Positions 1 to 8,566 of a stretch of DNA of 34,270 nucleotides are shown here, piece after piece. The notes beneath the pieces are model-generated. The model saw only the letters and a program-made list of their open reading frames with translations. It made no database searches and was not told the origin of the DNA. The stretch spans positions 2,367 through 36,636 of the forward strand of contig CAYPFC010000003.1 in the NCBI GenBank assembly GCA_964409815.1, written 5' to 3'. The translations under genes and the position numbers were made by a program. This DNA is from an uncultured Pseudobdellovibrionaceae bacterium. Its GTDB lineage: Bacteria; Bdellovibrionota; Bdellovibrionia; Bdellovibrionales; UBA1609. How positions within the stretch are numbered: position 1 is the stretch's first letter; every line of letters starts with the position of its first letter.

Positions 1-1263
1 CTTAAAATAGGCTTTATTCTTCGCTTTAAGCGCGTGTTGCGCGCGGATCTCCTCGAGGATCTCTTCGCCGCGCTGTTTGAGGTACTTGCCCTCGGCGGAT
101 TTCTCGTCGAAGCGCGCGAAGTCCACGCCCTTGGGCATGCCTCCGCGCTCGGCGAGCGTGCCCAGCTCGGCTTCATCGGGAATCGCCGAGTGGTTTCCGG
201 GGTTGGCGGCCATCTTGAGGCCCCAGCCCTTGATCGTATGCGCGATCACCATCGAGGGGCGGTCGGTTTCTTTCTTCGATTCGGCGTACGCTTGGGTCAG
301 CGTCGTAAAGTCATGACCGCCGAAGTCGTGGTAGGCGGCGCGGAGCTCGTCGTCTTTGAGGCCTTTGAGGAATTTCTCGAGCTTCGGTTGCTTCTCGAGC
401 AGGTACTCGCGCAGCTCTTTGCCATCGGCGAGCATGAGGCCCACCTGCAATTCGTAGTCGGCGAGCTTGCCTTCGAAGATCTCTTTGAACAGATCGCCGC
501 CGTCTTTTTTGAAATATTGCAGGCGTTTTTGCCCGTGGCGCGCGTGCACGACGTGCCAGCCGTTGGCTTCCATCATGCGCTGAATGCGCAAATCATCCGT
601 GCCGTGGAACGCCTTTGCATTCGTGATGCGGTGACCATCCAAGGATTGACGGTTGAAGTCCAGGATCCAGGTCAGGTTGCCGAGCTCGCGATCGGCGAAA
701 TCGGGAATTGCTTCAGCGAGCGACCCTTCGCGGAACTCCGAGTCTCCCATGATCGACCAAAAGTGCGCGTTCTTCGGCACTTCGTAGCCGTGGCGGTCGG
801 CGTAGCGATAGGCGAGGGCCATGTAGCCGGCATTGACCGGCGGAATGCCCACGGTGCCCGAGGGATAAAAATTGTGGCGATCGGGATCGTAGGCCGAGTG
901 GTACGACTGAAACACCCACTCGTCGCCTTTCGGGAACGCGCGCAGACTGGACATCGCGACATTGCATTCTTCGAGGGACAGCGGCTCGTTGTTTTCGTCG
1001 AGCAGATTGTTCAGCAGGTAGTTGTAAGCATGGTCGGCGGGAGAAGCGTGCGGCTTGTTCGCGATCCAATCGAAGCCGCCCTTCGAAACCAGATGAAGCG
1101 CGCCGAGGATGTGGAGCGCGCTCGACGAAGCCGAGGAGTGACCGCCGATCTTGGGGTCGCCCTTCTCGACGTTGTCGCGCGTGTTCGCCATATAAATCAT
1201 TTTGTTCGCGAGGTAGTGCGCGCGGCGAGCGATGTTGTTGAGGATGTTGATATCCACGGCCAT
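1..1263 (-). CDS. aceE: 2-oxoacid (pyruvate) dehydrogenase E1 component, homodimeric AceE-like; N-terminus in window, C-terminus beyond the left edge
   Basis: Absent from the ORF track because it has no stop in the window. My reverse-complement translation from ATG 1263..1261 reads MAVDINILNNIARRAHYLANKMIYMANTRDNVEKGDPKIGGHSSASSSALHILG...IMGDSEFREGS...LDFNRQSLDG...FGGHD...VIAHTIKGWG. These are the ThDP/transketolase-like motifs of AceE-type E1. An AGGGAG SD lies 6 nt upstream. The listed + ORF 34..1266 is its antisense shadow. Confidence 0.8.
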   Translation of the reverse strand, partial: MAVDINILNNIARRAHYLANKMIYMANTRDNVEKGDPKIGGHSSASSSALHILGALHLVSKGGFDWIANKPHASPADHAYNYLLNNLLDENNEPLSLEECNVAMSSLRAFPKGDEWVFQSYHSAYDPDRHNFYPSGTVGIPPVNAGYMALAYRYADRHGYEVPKNAHFWSIMGDSEFREGSLAEAIPDFADRELGNLTWILDFNRQSLDGHRITNAKAFHGTDDLRIQRMMEANGWHVVHARHGQKRLQYFKKDGGDLFKEIFEGKLADYELQVGLMLADGKELREYLLEKQPKLEKFLKGLKDDELRAAYHDFGGHDFTTLTQAYAESKKETDRPSMVIAHTIKGWGLKMAANPGNHSAIPDEAELGTLAERGGMPKGVDFARFDEKSAEGKYLKQRGEEILEEIRAQHALKAKNKAYFK

Positions 1264-1299
1264 TAGGGTCTCCCTATTTTGTAGACTCAAGGGGTGAAT

Positions 1300-1854
1300 T
1301 TAAAGGGGGTTTTCCGCAGGTGCAAGGTTTGCCTCGGGTCGGATCGTAAGATGTTGGTACTTAAGGCGCGTGTCGACAAGACTGGTGAATCCCGTCAGGC
1401 CGCGGATCAGGCTGTTCCCGGAGCGGGAGATCAATAGGGGAAACCCGAAGTGATACGGCGCGCCCTGGCTCGACACGCACTGGAAGACGGATACCGAGGT
1501 GTGAAAGCCCTCGCGGCGCCACTCTTCGCGAATAAAATTCCACAAAGGAGCCTCGGGAACCGGCAGCTCGACGGGAATGGCGAAGCAGCCCTCGCCGTCG
1601 GTCGCCGCGAGACCGGCCCTCAGATTGCTCGAGAGAGTCGCGTCGACTCCGTTCGTGTCGAATACCAGTTCAACGCTCATAATGGCGCGTGACGCGCGCA
1701 AAACGTCGTCGGCGTCGTTGCCGGCGAGCACGCACACCACTTCGTAGCCCAAGCGCTGCAATTCACGGATTTTCACGTCGACAAGAAGAGAGCCGTCGGC
1801 CGCGCGCTCAAGCCCGAGGCCGGCGCGGTAACCGCACAACAGGATGGTTTTCAT
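1300..1854 (-). CDS. Divergent MobA/MocA-like (NTP_transf_3) nucleotidyltransferase-fold protein, function unknown
   Basis: 184 aa. By eye the pattern matches the MobA-like layout: MKTILLCGYRAG (degenerate G-loop), VVCVLAGNDADDV, VFDTNGVDATLSSNLRAGL, GAPYHFGFPLLISRSG. The start ATG overlaps the upstream TonB-like stop as ATGA (1851-1854). Confidence 0.4.
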   Translation of the reverse strand: MKTILLCGYRAGLGLERAADGSLLVDVKIRELQRLGYEVVCVLAGNDADDVLRASRAIMSVELVFDTNGVDATLSSNLRAGLAATDGEGCFAIPVELPVPEAPLWNFIREEWRREGFHTSVSVFQCVSSQGAPYHFGFPLLISRSGNSLIRGLTGFTSLVDTRLKYQHLTIRPEANLAPAENPL

Positions 1855-2774
1855 GTTTCAAGGACGAAGTCCCAACGGATCTTGATTGTACCGTCAGACT
1901 CGACCATTCCTTTGGGCGGGTTCGGGAAGGGGGCGGCCTGGCGAAACGCCTCGACCGCGGCGGAATCCAAATCCATGACCCCGCTTTGCGTGAGAACTTC
2001 GACTTTCACGAGCTCTCCGCTCGGATTCAACGTCACGACGACTTGGGTGACGCGATCTTTCGCCGACGCGATCGTGCGTCCCTGGCGATAGATGATCTTC
2101 ACTTTTTCGCGAACGTTCGGTTCCCAGTGCTGGCGCAGAGCCTCTTTGATGCGATTGTAGTACGCGTAGTAAACGAACTCGCGCGTGCTGAGCATCGTCT
2201 GCATGCCGGTGTTGACGTTCTCGATGTGATCGTCGGTTTTCGACGGATCCCCGTTTTCGTCGGTGGGGCCTTTCGGTCCGGGGCTCAGCGAGAACTTCGG
2301 CGTGAGATCTTTCAGCGCGGGGAGCTCGCCCGGCTCGCGTTGCGCGTTCTTGTCCGCTTTCGAGCGCTCGGTTTCGAGCTCTTTTTTCTTTTCGCCGTCT
2401 TTCACGCCTTCGTCGGGCGCTCCGCCTTTGGCTTCGTTCGTGAACTTTCCGGTTTCGGCGGCGACCGTTTGCTTGATCACTTTTTGGTCGAACGCGCTCA
2501 GGAACTTCGAGTCTTCGGGCTTCTCGTCGTTGAGTTGCTTGTCTTGCTCGACGATCTGGTTGTTGTCTTTCTTCTTCGGCGCGACCACGTTCGTGTCTTC
2601 CGCGGGAGGAGTGAGCTCCTCGGCCGGAAGATACTCAACTTCGACGACGTCTTTTTTCGTGATCGTGTTCGGTTTCGCAAAATCGAGCTGGAAGAAAATG
2701 TAGAGCCCGATGTGCAAGAGCAGCGAGAGAATCAGGAACACTGCCATCGGCTTTCGGTATTTCTTTGGAATCAT
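1851..2774 (-). CDS. TonB-family energy transducer (N-terminal TM anchor, charged/Pro-Lys-Glu linker, TonB C-terminal domain)
   Basis: The track ORF 1851..2903 starts at a TTG. I prefer the internal ATG at 2774 (MIPKKYRKPMAVFLILSLLLHIGLYIFF, a TM helix) because a GAGGG SD precedes it. The C-terminus YYNRIKEALRQHWEP...VVVTLNPSGELVKVEVLTQSGVMDLDSAAVEAFRQAAPFPNPP is typical of a TonB_C domain. Confidence 0.75.
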   Translation of the reverse strand: MIPKKYRKPMAVFLILSLLLHIGLYIFFQLDFAKPNTITKKDVVEVEYLPAEELTPPAEDTNVVAPKKKDNNQIVEQDKQLNDEKPEDSKFLSAFDQKVIKQTVAAETGKFTNEAKGGAPDEGVKDGEKKKELETERSKADKNAQREPGELPALKDLTPKFSLSPGPKGPTDENGDPSKTDDHIENVNTGMQTMLSTREFVYYAYYNRIKEALRQHWEPNVREKVKIIYRQGRTIASAKDRVTQVVVTLNPSGELVKVEVLTQSGVMDLDSAAVEAFRQAAPFPNPPKGMVESDGTIKIRWDFVLET

Positions 2775-2843
2775 CCCGTTCACCCTCGAATTCACGTAAG
2801 ACTTATTCGGCGGAAAATGGACCCGGCTTGAGGTGGGTTTCGC

Positions 2844-2873
2844 TCGACAGGCCCAGAAAACCCATGTCAAAAT
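2844..2873 (+). promoter_or_regulatory. Candidate sigma70-type promoter for the PP2C gene: TCGACA, 18 nt spacer, TGtCAAAAT (extended -10). It would place the TSS at or next to the ATG.
   Basis: TCGACA is at 2844-2849 and TG at 2865-2866, followed by CAAAAT at 2868-2873. No SD-like purine run exists between this element and ATG 2880. Confidence 0.25.
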
Positions 2874-2879
2874 ATCGAC

Positions 2880-3614
2880 ATGCGATTTGAAGTGTGGGCT
2901 CAAACGGATGTGGGTTTAAAGCGCGACATCAATCAGGACGCGATTCTGGTCGACCACGACCTCAATCTGTTCATCGTTGCCGATGGAATGGGCGGCCACA
3001 AGGGGGGAGAAGTCGCGTCCGCGCTCGCCGTCGAGACGGTGCAAGACGCCATCAACAAACGAAAGAACGAGCCTAAACTTTCGCCGCGAAAAGTTCTCGC
3101 GGAAGCGTATCGCGAAGCCTCTTCGCGCATTCATCACAAATCGACGTTCGAGAATCCCGAGCTGATGGGAATGGGTACGACGATGGTCCTGTTCTGGGAA
3201 CATCGCGGTCGCATTTACATCGGCAACGTTGGCGACTCGCGCGCCTACCTCTATTCTCCACCGTCCCTCTGGCAGCTCACCGAGGATCATTCGCTCATCA
3301 ACGAGCAAGTTCGCGCCGGCGTGATTTCGGAAGAGGAAGCGCCTCACGTCGTTGGTCGTAACGTGATCACCCGAAGCGTCGGTTTTGAACGCGACGTCAC
3401 GGTGGATGTTCTTGAACGCGAGCCCGCTCCGGGCGATCTTTATCTTTTGTGTTCGGACGGATTGAGCGGACTCGTGACGCCGGAGAAGCTGTTGGATCTG
3501 GTTCAACACACCTCTCCCGAGGACGCCGTGGCGAAATGCATCAAAGAAGCTAAAGCCGCGGGCGGAGACGACAATATTTCCGTCATTTTCATTCGCCCGA
3601 AAATTGGCGGTTGA
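2880..3614 (+). CDS. PP2C-family Ser/Thr protein phosphatase (Stp/PrpC-like)
   Basis: 244 aa with all canonical PP2C motifs: TDVGLKRDINQDA, FIVADGMGGHKGGEVAS, IGNVGDSRAYL, LLCSDGLSGLV, GGDDNISVIFI. Confidence 0.92.
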   Translation: MRFEVWAQTDVGLKRDINQDAILVDHDLNLFIVADGMGGHKGGEVASALAVETVQDAINKRKNEPKLSPRKVLAEAYREASSRIHHKSTFENPELMGMGTTMVLFWEHRGRIYIGNVGDSRAYLYSPPSLWQLTEDHSLINEQVRAGVISEEEAPHVVGRNVITRSVGFERDVTVDVLEREPAPGDLYLLCSDGLSGLVTPEKLLDLVQHTSPEDAVAKCIKEAKAAGGDDNISVIFIRPKIGG

Positions 3615-3668
3615 CGCACAAAGCTAGTGAACCCTAGATAGAGGCTTAAGGGTCATACAAGAGAGAGC

Positions 3669-4676
3669 ATGGAGAATAAGAACTACACTTTTCTCGTCGC
3701 GAGCAATCGCCACGGCAACACGATCAAACTGACGATTCGCGCGAGCTGGCTTAAGGCCCTGGGTTTTCTGGGCTTTTGTTTAATCCTTTTGAGCGCGACC
3801 GCGGCCCTGGATTACGTCGGTCTATTATTGAAGGCGAATGAGAACCGTTTTCTGCGCGCCGAGAACGCGTCGCTGAAGCAGAAGTTTCAAGTCGCGGAAG
3901 AGAAGCTGTCCAGCCTTGAGTCCAGTCTGGAGCGCATTCAAAACTTCACGAAGAAACTGAATCTGATCACCAATGTCGAAGACGAAGAGCGCGTTTTGAA
4001 GCTCGCCCTTAGTCCAACCGCGCGCCCGGCGGGCGCCCCGGAAATCGGTGGCGGTAACGTGACTCGGATGCCGTCTTCCGAGTTCATGATTCGCGATGGT
4101 GAAAATGTCGAAAAGCCGTTCGTCGACGAGAAATCGGGCGAACTTGGCGTGCAGCGCGAGTCCTCGCGCGATTACGCGTCCTTGAGCGTTCGTATCGATC
4201 GCGCGCTGGCGCAGTCGCAGTTGCGCGAGCAAGGTGTTTTGCAGCTATGGGACTCTCTCTCCGAGCGTCAGTCGTTGCTTCAGGCCACGCCCTCGATTCG
4301 CCCGTCGCGCGGATGGTTCACGTCGCGTTTCGGTTATCGCGTCGATCCGTTTACGAATCGTCCCGAAATGCATGCGGGCCTCGACATGGCCGCGCCTTCG
4401 GGAACTCCCGTCTACGCTCCGGCCGACGGCGTGGTTTCGTTCGCGGGCTACGATTCGGGATACGGCAAGCTCGTCTCGATCGATCACGGCTACGGCGTGA
4501 TCACGCGCTACGGGCACAATTCGCGCATCTTCGTCGAGCAAGGACAGAAGGTTCGTCGTTGGGACGTGATCTCGGCGGTGGGTTCGACGGGCCGCTCGAC
4601 GGGAGCGCATTTGCACTATGAAGTCCGTATTCACGGAATCGCCGTCGATCCGATGAACTACATTTTGAACGAATAA
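3669..4676 (+). CDS. M23 (LytM-domain) metallopeptidase with N-terminal TM helix and coiled-coil (EnvC/NlpD-like architecture)
   Basis: 335 aa. TM segment LGFLGFCLILLSATAALDYVGLLL. Coiled region LKQKFQVAEEKLSSLESSLERIQ. M23 motifs HAGLDMAAPSGTPVYAPADG (HxxxD) and GSTGRSTGAHLHYEV (HxH). Confidence 0.9.
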   Translation: MENKNYTFLVASNRHGNTIKLTIRASWLKALGFLGFCLILLSATAALDYVGLLLKANENRFLRAENASLKQKFQVAEEKLSSLESSLERIQNFTKKLNLITNVEDEERVLKLALSPTARPAGAPEIGGGNVTRMPSSEFMIRDGENVEKPFVDEKSGELGVQRESSRDYASLSVRIDRALAQSQLREQGVLQLWDSLSERQSLLQATPSIRPSRGWFTSRFGYRVDPFTNRPEMHAGLDMAAPSGTPVYAPADGVVSFAGYDSGYGKLVSIDHGYGVITRYGHNSRIFVEQGQKVRRWDVISAVGSTGRSTGAHLHYEVRIHGIAVDPMNYILNE

Positions 4677-4710
4677 AGGTGCCAGGAGCTTTTTCCGGGT
4701 CACGCCGCGT

Positions 4711-5157
4711 CTACCACTCTCCCGAAAATCCAAGTCCGCTGGCGGGAGAATAGAAAATCTTCTTACTTTTGATCACCGACTTCGGATCGTCGGGCAGCGT
4801 GAATCCGAAACGCGGATCGATCATGAGCTGAGTCTCTTGCTGACCACCCCATGAGCGACACTTCTCCCAGAGCGCATCGACGAAGAGTCGCGTGCGGCGA
4901 AAAACTTGTATGTGCGCCTCGAGCAATCGAGGCTGAATCGCCGGAGTTCCGATGTCGCAATTGAGTTGCGCGATCTCGCCCGTACGGCCCTGCATTTTCA
5001 GGTAATATCGGGTCCCACGATACTCGATTTGGCGGTAGCGCTGTCCGTGAATCTCCACCCAATTTTCACGCGTTTCGACTTCCGTGTTCTGCTCCAGCAT
5101 TTGTTCGAACGCCGATTTCTCCTGAGCGAAGACGAATGTGAAGAAGAGTGACCACAT
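4711..5157 (-). CDS. Hypothetical small secreted protein
   Basis: The track ORF 4711..5253 starts at a GTG. I prefer the internal ATG at 5157, which gives MWSLFFTFVFAQEKS (a short signal-like N-terminus). Codon usage looks coding. No recognisable domain and no clear SD, so the start is uncertain. Confidence 0.5.
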   Translation of the reverse strand: MWSLFFTFVFAQEKSAFEQMLEQNTEVETRENWVEIHGQRYRQIEYRGTRYYLKMQGRTGEIAQLNCDIGTPAIQPRLLEAHIQVFRRTRLFVDALWEKCRSWGGQQETQLMIDPRFGFTLPDDPKSVIKSKKIFYSPASGLGFSGEW

Positions 5158-5279
5158 ATGCAGGAGACTAAATTGGGAATGTGAATTTGAGATGAATTCA
5201 AAATGAAGAATCTCAATTGACAAAAAATGACCATCGCATGAGATCTGCTTCACATCAGATAACCCGAAGTGGAGTAACC

Positions 5280-5855
5280 ATGCGATTTCTAACCGCCGCC
5301 TTGATTCTCTTAGTTTCTGTGAACCCGGCTCTCGCGCAGGAAAAAAGCGCTAAGAAACAAGCTGCCGACCGCGTGAACATGACCGAGCCGGAAGTGATCG
5401 AAGCGGGCGACAATATGTTTGGCATTCGTACTGCGCAAGGCTCGGCGTTCGACGGCGCGACCGTCATCGGGCTGAATTACGAGCGCATGGTGACCAACAA
5501 CTTCGGCCTCGGCGGTGCCTTGCACTACGCGGAATACGATGTGGAATATAACTTAGGTGGCACCAGCGGGAAGTTTGAGACAACCGCGTGGTCGATCGTG
5601 TTCCACGGCAACATGCATGTGAACATCTTCAAGGTAAAAAACATGGACACGTTCTTCACCGGCGGAATCGCGCGTTCGACGATCAAAGGAGAATTCAAAG
5701 GTAGCGGCGTGACGGTCGCCGACACTAAGGAAGACGAGTTCAAAGTTATCGCCTACGCGAACCTCCGCTACTGGGTGAACTCGCAAATGGGATTCACCGC
5801 GATGTTCGGAACCGGACTCGGCAATTTCGGTCTCGGCTTCGATTTCTTGTTCTAG
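5280..5855 (+). CDS. Small outer-membrane beta-barrel protein (OmpA-TM/OmpW-like 'porin family' type)
   Basis: ATG 5280 is preceded by GGAG (5271-5274). Signal peptide MRFLTAALILLVSVNPALAQE. Alternating aromatic/Gly-rich strands. The C-terminus GLGFDFLF ends in Phe, as in beta-barrel OMPs. Confidence 0.65.
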   Translation: MRFLTAALILLVSVNPALAQEKSAKKQAADRVNMTEPEVIEAGDNMFGIRTAQGSAFDGATVIGLNYERMVTNNFGLGGALHYAEYDVEYNLGGTSGKFETTAWSIVFHGNMHVNIFKVKNMDTFFTGGIARSTIKGEFKGSGVTVADTKEDEFKVIAYANLRYWVNSQMGFTAMFGTGLGNFGLGFDFLF

Positions 5856-5869
5856 AATTTCTTGCGCGC

Positions 5870-8419
5870 CTAGCGAGATCTGGACTTTTTGGAAGTCGCC
5901 TTGCGGGCGCACCGTCTCGCGAGCTCGAGCTTTCCGTCCGCCGTTTTCAGCCAGCGCTCATGGCGGGCTTCCATTTCGGCGCGAAGACGCGGATCGAGCT
6001 GGTCGAGGAATGCTTTCGCCTTCACCCGCAGCGATTCCGGAATCTCGCGATCATCGATGTGCTCGACGATGAAGTTGAGCATGCGCGCGCCGACGTAGGT
6101 TTCTTGCTCGTACTTGGAGGACAGCAGAGCCACCGCTGCGGCAAATCGGCTCGGCAGATGGTCGCGCTGGATAAATTCGTTCTTTACGATGGCGTGAAGC
6201 AAATGATTGCGGAACGTGAAATGGCCGACCGCGAGCATCGCCGGGATAGCGTGGGGACTACGTGCATAATGATAGCCGTACTGATATCGGTAAACTTGGC
6301 GCCGATCGGTGATAAACCCCCGAAGCACATTCAACAGCGACTCCGGAGGATTTTCGATTCGGCCGTTTTTGATGAGGACGTCCGCGAAATTTAAGGCGCT
6401 CGGCCCCCAGGGTACCCCCACATGCGTTGCGAGGAAGTCCACTTGTTCGCCCGTGAGCGTGATATCGTCGAAGTGATAGCCGAGGCCGGTCCACAACTGA
6501 TTGACTCGCTCCTGGTCCGCCGGACGACGACGCGTGAGAATCTCTTGAATCATTTTTTGAAAGGGCGCGCTCGCAAAAAACTCGGCCTTACGCGAGCGCA
6601 CTTTCGAAAAAATCGAGACATCCCGCTTCTGCATGTAAATATCGACGATGATCTGGAAAGAGCGCTCGGCTTCCGCTCCGCGAAACGCATTCGAAGCATT
6701 CAGGTGACCCTTTACGAAAAGATCGGCGTATCGCTCGCGGAGCGAGCGGCTTAACGTCACTCCGAGTTTCGCGAACGTTTTTTCGAGCTCGGAATAGTAC
6801 TGCGCAAGAGTGCGGCGACTCGAGTTCCTCAGGAGCGCGATTAAGCTTCCCCACTGTCGGAACTCCGGATGAGCGCCCGAGAGAAACGAAACCGATCGCG
6901 AAGAGTAGGCGATTTGAATTCGTTGCATGAGCTCGTGCACGCCTCCTCTGCCGTTGGTGAGCTCCTCAAGATTGATTGTCACCGCTCGAACTTTCGGTAG
7001 GCGGGCGTTCGCGCTGCGAGCGTCGTACAATTTCACTTTCGTATGGATGGAGGGAGCGTCATAGTGCGCGGAGCTCACGACCTGATCGAGATATCTTTTT
7101 CGAAGCGCGACATCGCCAAACGTTTGACCGACCGTGGAAAACGGGTTTATGGCCCGAATGATTCGGTTCTTTAGCGGCCCGAAATGGTTTTGCGCCTGGT
7201 GAAAATTGGGCGCGGCGATCGTCATCTGTTTTGTACCCATCTCGCGCAAGACCTGGGCGAATCCTTGAATGAGGATGTCCACGTGCTCGGGTGACATGAG
7301 TTTTCCGGTGATGTCGCGAATGAACAGAGTGGGCTTCCCCTTCACGGTGGTGATGTTCCCCGAGACGTAGCCGAGCTCCTGAAAACGATTTCCCTTTAAG
7401 TATACGAAGAAATCGCGCTCGAGAGGGCTAAAAGGATACGCCCAGGACGAGCTCGTCGAGCAGTCTCCGCCGGGACAGCCGCGGAAGACGCCGAGGTGGG
7501 GCGGCAACTCGCGAACGATCAACTCCGTTTCGGGAATCTCGACTTCGACATTCTCTTCCGCGATGGCGAAGGATTTCGAGGCTTGCGAGCGGATGCGGCC
7601 GAAGATCTGCGGATCGACGCTCAGCTCGAGTCCGCTCTCCTCCGCGGTGAACCATTGAATGTTTTCCGCGGAAATCGCCGCGACATCTCCGTTCGTGTAA
7701 ACGTCGAGGATCGAGATCGCGCGCGTCAGCTCGATCTCGCGATTCACGGCTCGATCGAGAAGCTCGATCGCGTGCGTTTTCGTGAACTCCGCGCGTGGGA
7801 TGCCGAAGCGCTCGGAGTCGAACACCGACTGGATTTTCGCTTCGTCCGCGGCGAGCAGCGCTTCGCGCAGAGCTTTACGGCGCTCGTCGAGCGCGGGCTT
7901 CGAAAGAATCTCGCGACGCTTTTCCGGCGGGAACACTCCGCTTAAACCCGCGATGATTCCGCTCGTCTGCTCGAGCGCGACGGCGCCCGCGAGCCCTTGA
8001 ATGTCCGCGCGCAGCCGCTCGTGAAACGCCTCTTCGTTCTCCACAAGTAGCGAGGCGTAGTTCGATTGAAAGTGCGCCCGCACGCTCTCGGCAAACTCGG
8101 GCGTCACGCTCAAGCGCGAAACGGTTTGTGTGCGGTAGGTATAGAAGCGAAAGACCTTCAGGTCGGGGCGCTCCGCCGCGAGCGCGTTGAACTCCCGATT
8201 CGTGATCAGCCGATCGCGCAAGCGGTCCATCTGACGGACCATGTTCGTGATCGTCGCGAGCGGGTAACTGTGGGTGGGGAGGCTCGGCATCTCGCGAAGG
8301 ATCTCGCGCGCGAAGCGATCGTAATCGGCATCCGACTCCATCGGAGGTGGCAGCACCATCGCGCCTTGGGCGGCGGCCGCGAACACCAATAATAATAAGG
8401 ACAAACAGGTGCGAAGCAT
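5870..8419 (-). CDS. Large (849 aa) secreted protein of unknown function
   Basis: Single uninterrupted ORF with signal peptide MLRTCLSLLLLVFAAAAQGA. Mostly helical-looking sequence with a central motif FRGCPGGDCSTSSSWAYPFSP and a basic C-terminal tail KATSKKSRSR. I recognise no family motif. Confidence 0.7.
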   Translation of the reverse strand: MLRTCLSLLLLVFAAAAQGAMVLPPPMESDADYDRFAREILREMPSLPTHSYPLATITNMVRQMDRLRDRLITNREFNALAAERPDLKVFRFYTYRTQTVSRLSVTPEFAESVRAHFQSNYASLLVENEEAFHERLRADIQGLAGAVALEQTSGIIAGLSGVFPPEKRREILSKPALDERRKALREALLAADEAKIQSVFDSERFGIPRAEFTKTHAIELLDRAVNREIELTRAISILDVYTNGDVAAISAENIQWFTAEESGLELSVDPQIFGRIRSQASKSFAIAEENVEVEIPETELIVRELPPHLGVFRGCPGGDCSTSSSWAYPFSPLERDFFVYLKGNRFQELGYVSGNITTVKGKPTLFIRDITGKLMSPEHVDILIQGFAQVLREMGTKQMTIAAPNFHQAQNHFGPLKNRIIRAINPFSTVGQTFGDVALRKRYLDQVVSSAHYDAPSIHTKVKLYDARSANARLPKVRAVTINLEELTNGRGGVHELMQRIQIAYSSRSVSFLSGAHPEFRQWGSLIALLRNSSRRTLAQYYSELEKTFAKLGVTLSRSLRERYADLFVKGHLNASNAFRGAEAERSFQIIVDIYMQKRDVSIFSKVRSRKAEFFASAPFQKMIQEILTRRRPADQERVNQLWTGLGYHFDDITLTGEQVDFLATHVGVPWGPSALNFADVLIKNGRIENPPESLLNVLRGFITDRRQVYRYQYGYHYARSPHAIPAMLAVGHFTFRNHLLHAIVKNEFIQRDHLPSRFAAAVALLSSKYEQETYVGARMLNFIVEHIDDREIPESLRVKAKAFLDQLDPRLRAEMEARHERWLKTADGKLELARRCARKATSKKSRSR

Positions 8420-8514
8420 GTCGAACGCGTAGCATTGGGCGCGGCGCGATGCAACGCGGGCGCGGATTCACAGATGATTGATGCGATGCGATGGAAAGGA
8501 GGATAGAGGGCAAT

Positions 8515-8548
8515 AAAAAACCCACAGGGTTCGCCTGTGGGTTTTCTT
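8515..8548 (-). terminator. Rho-independent terminator after rpsI (bidirectional shape)
   Basis: Stem CCCACAGG (8521-8528), loop GTTCG, stem CCTGTGGG (8534-8541). A6 lies on the left (U6 in the minus-strand RNA) and TTTTCTT on the right. It sits 19 nt downstream of the rpsI stop. Confidence 0.85.
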
Positions 8549-8566
8549 GAATTTGTCGCGTGTCGA

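Noticed and set aside
34-1266. 410-aa + strand ORF, the longest track entry at the left edge
   Set aside because: It is an antisense shadow of the AceE-like gene. Its translation is low-complexity (Ala/Arg/Val/Leu/Glu-rich) with no motifs, whereas the minus-strand frame gives clean ThDP-enzyme motifs and an SD-preceded ATG.
1689-2831. 380-aa + strand ORF, plus smaller + ORFs at 1882..2091 and 2263..2703
   Set aside because: It lies opposite the TonB-like and MobA-like genes. The Arg-rich translation looks nonsensical, which is typical of a high-GC antisense open frame.
8473-8494. Micro-repeat GATGATT-GATGC-GATGC-GATGG that might be a tandem repeat or CRISPR-like element
   Set aside because: It has only three to four 5-nt units and no spacer architecture. 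I treat it as promoter-region low complexity, and it is mentioned under the 849-aa gene finding.
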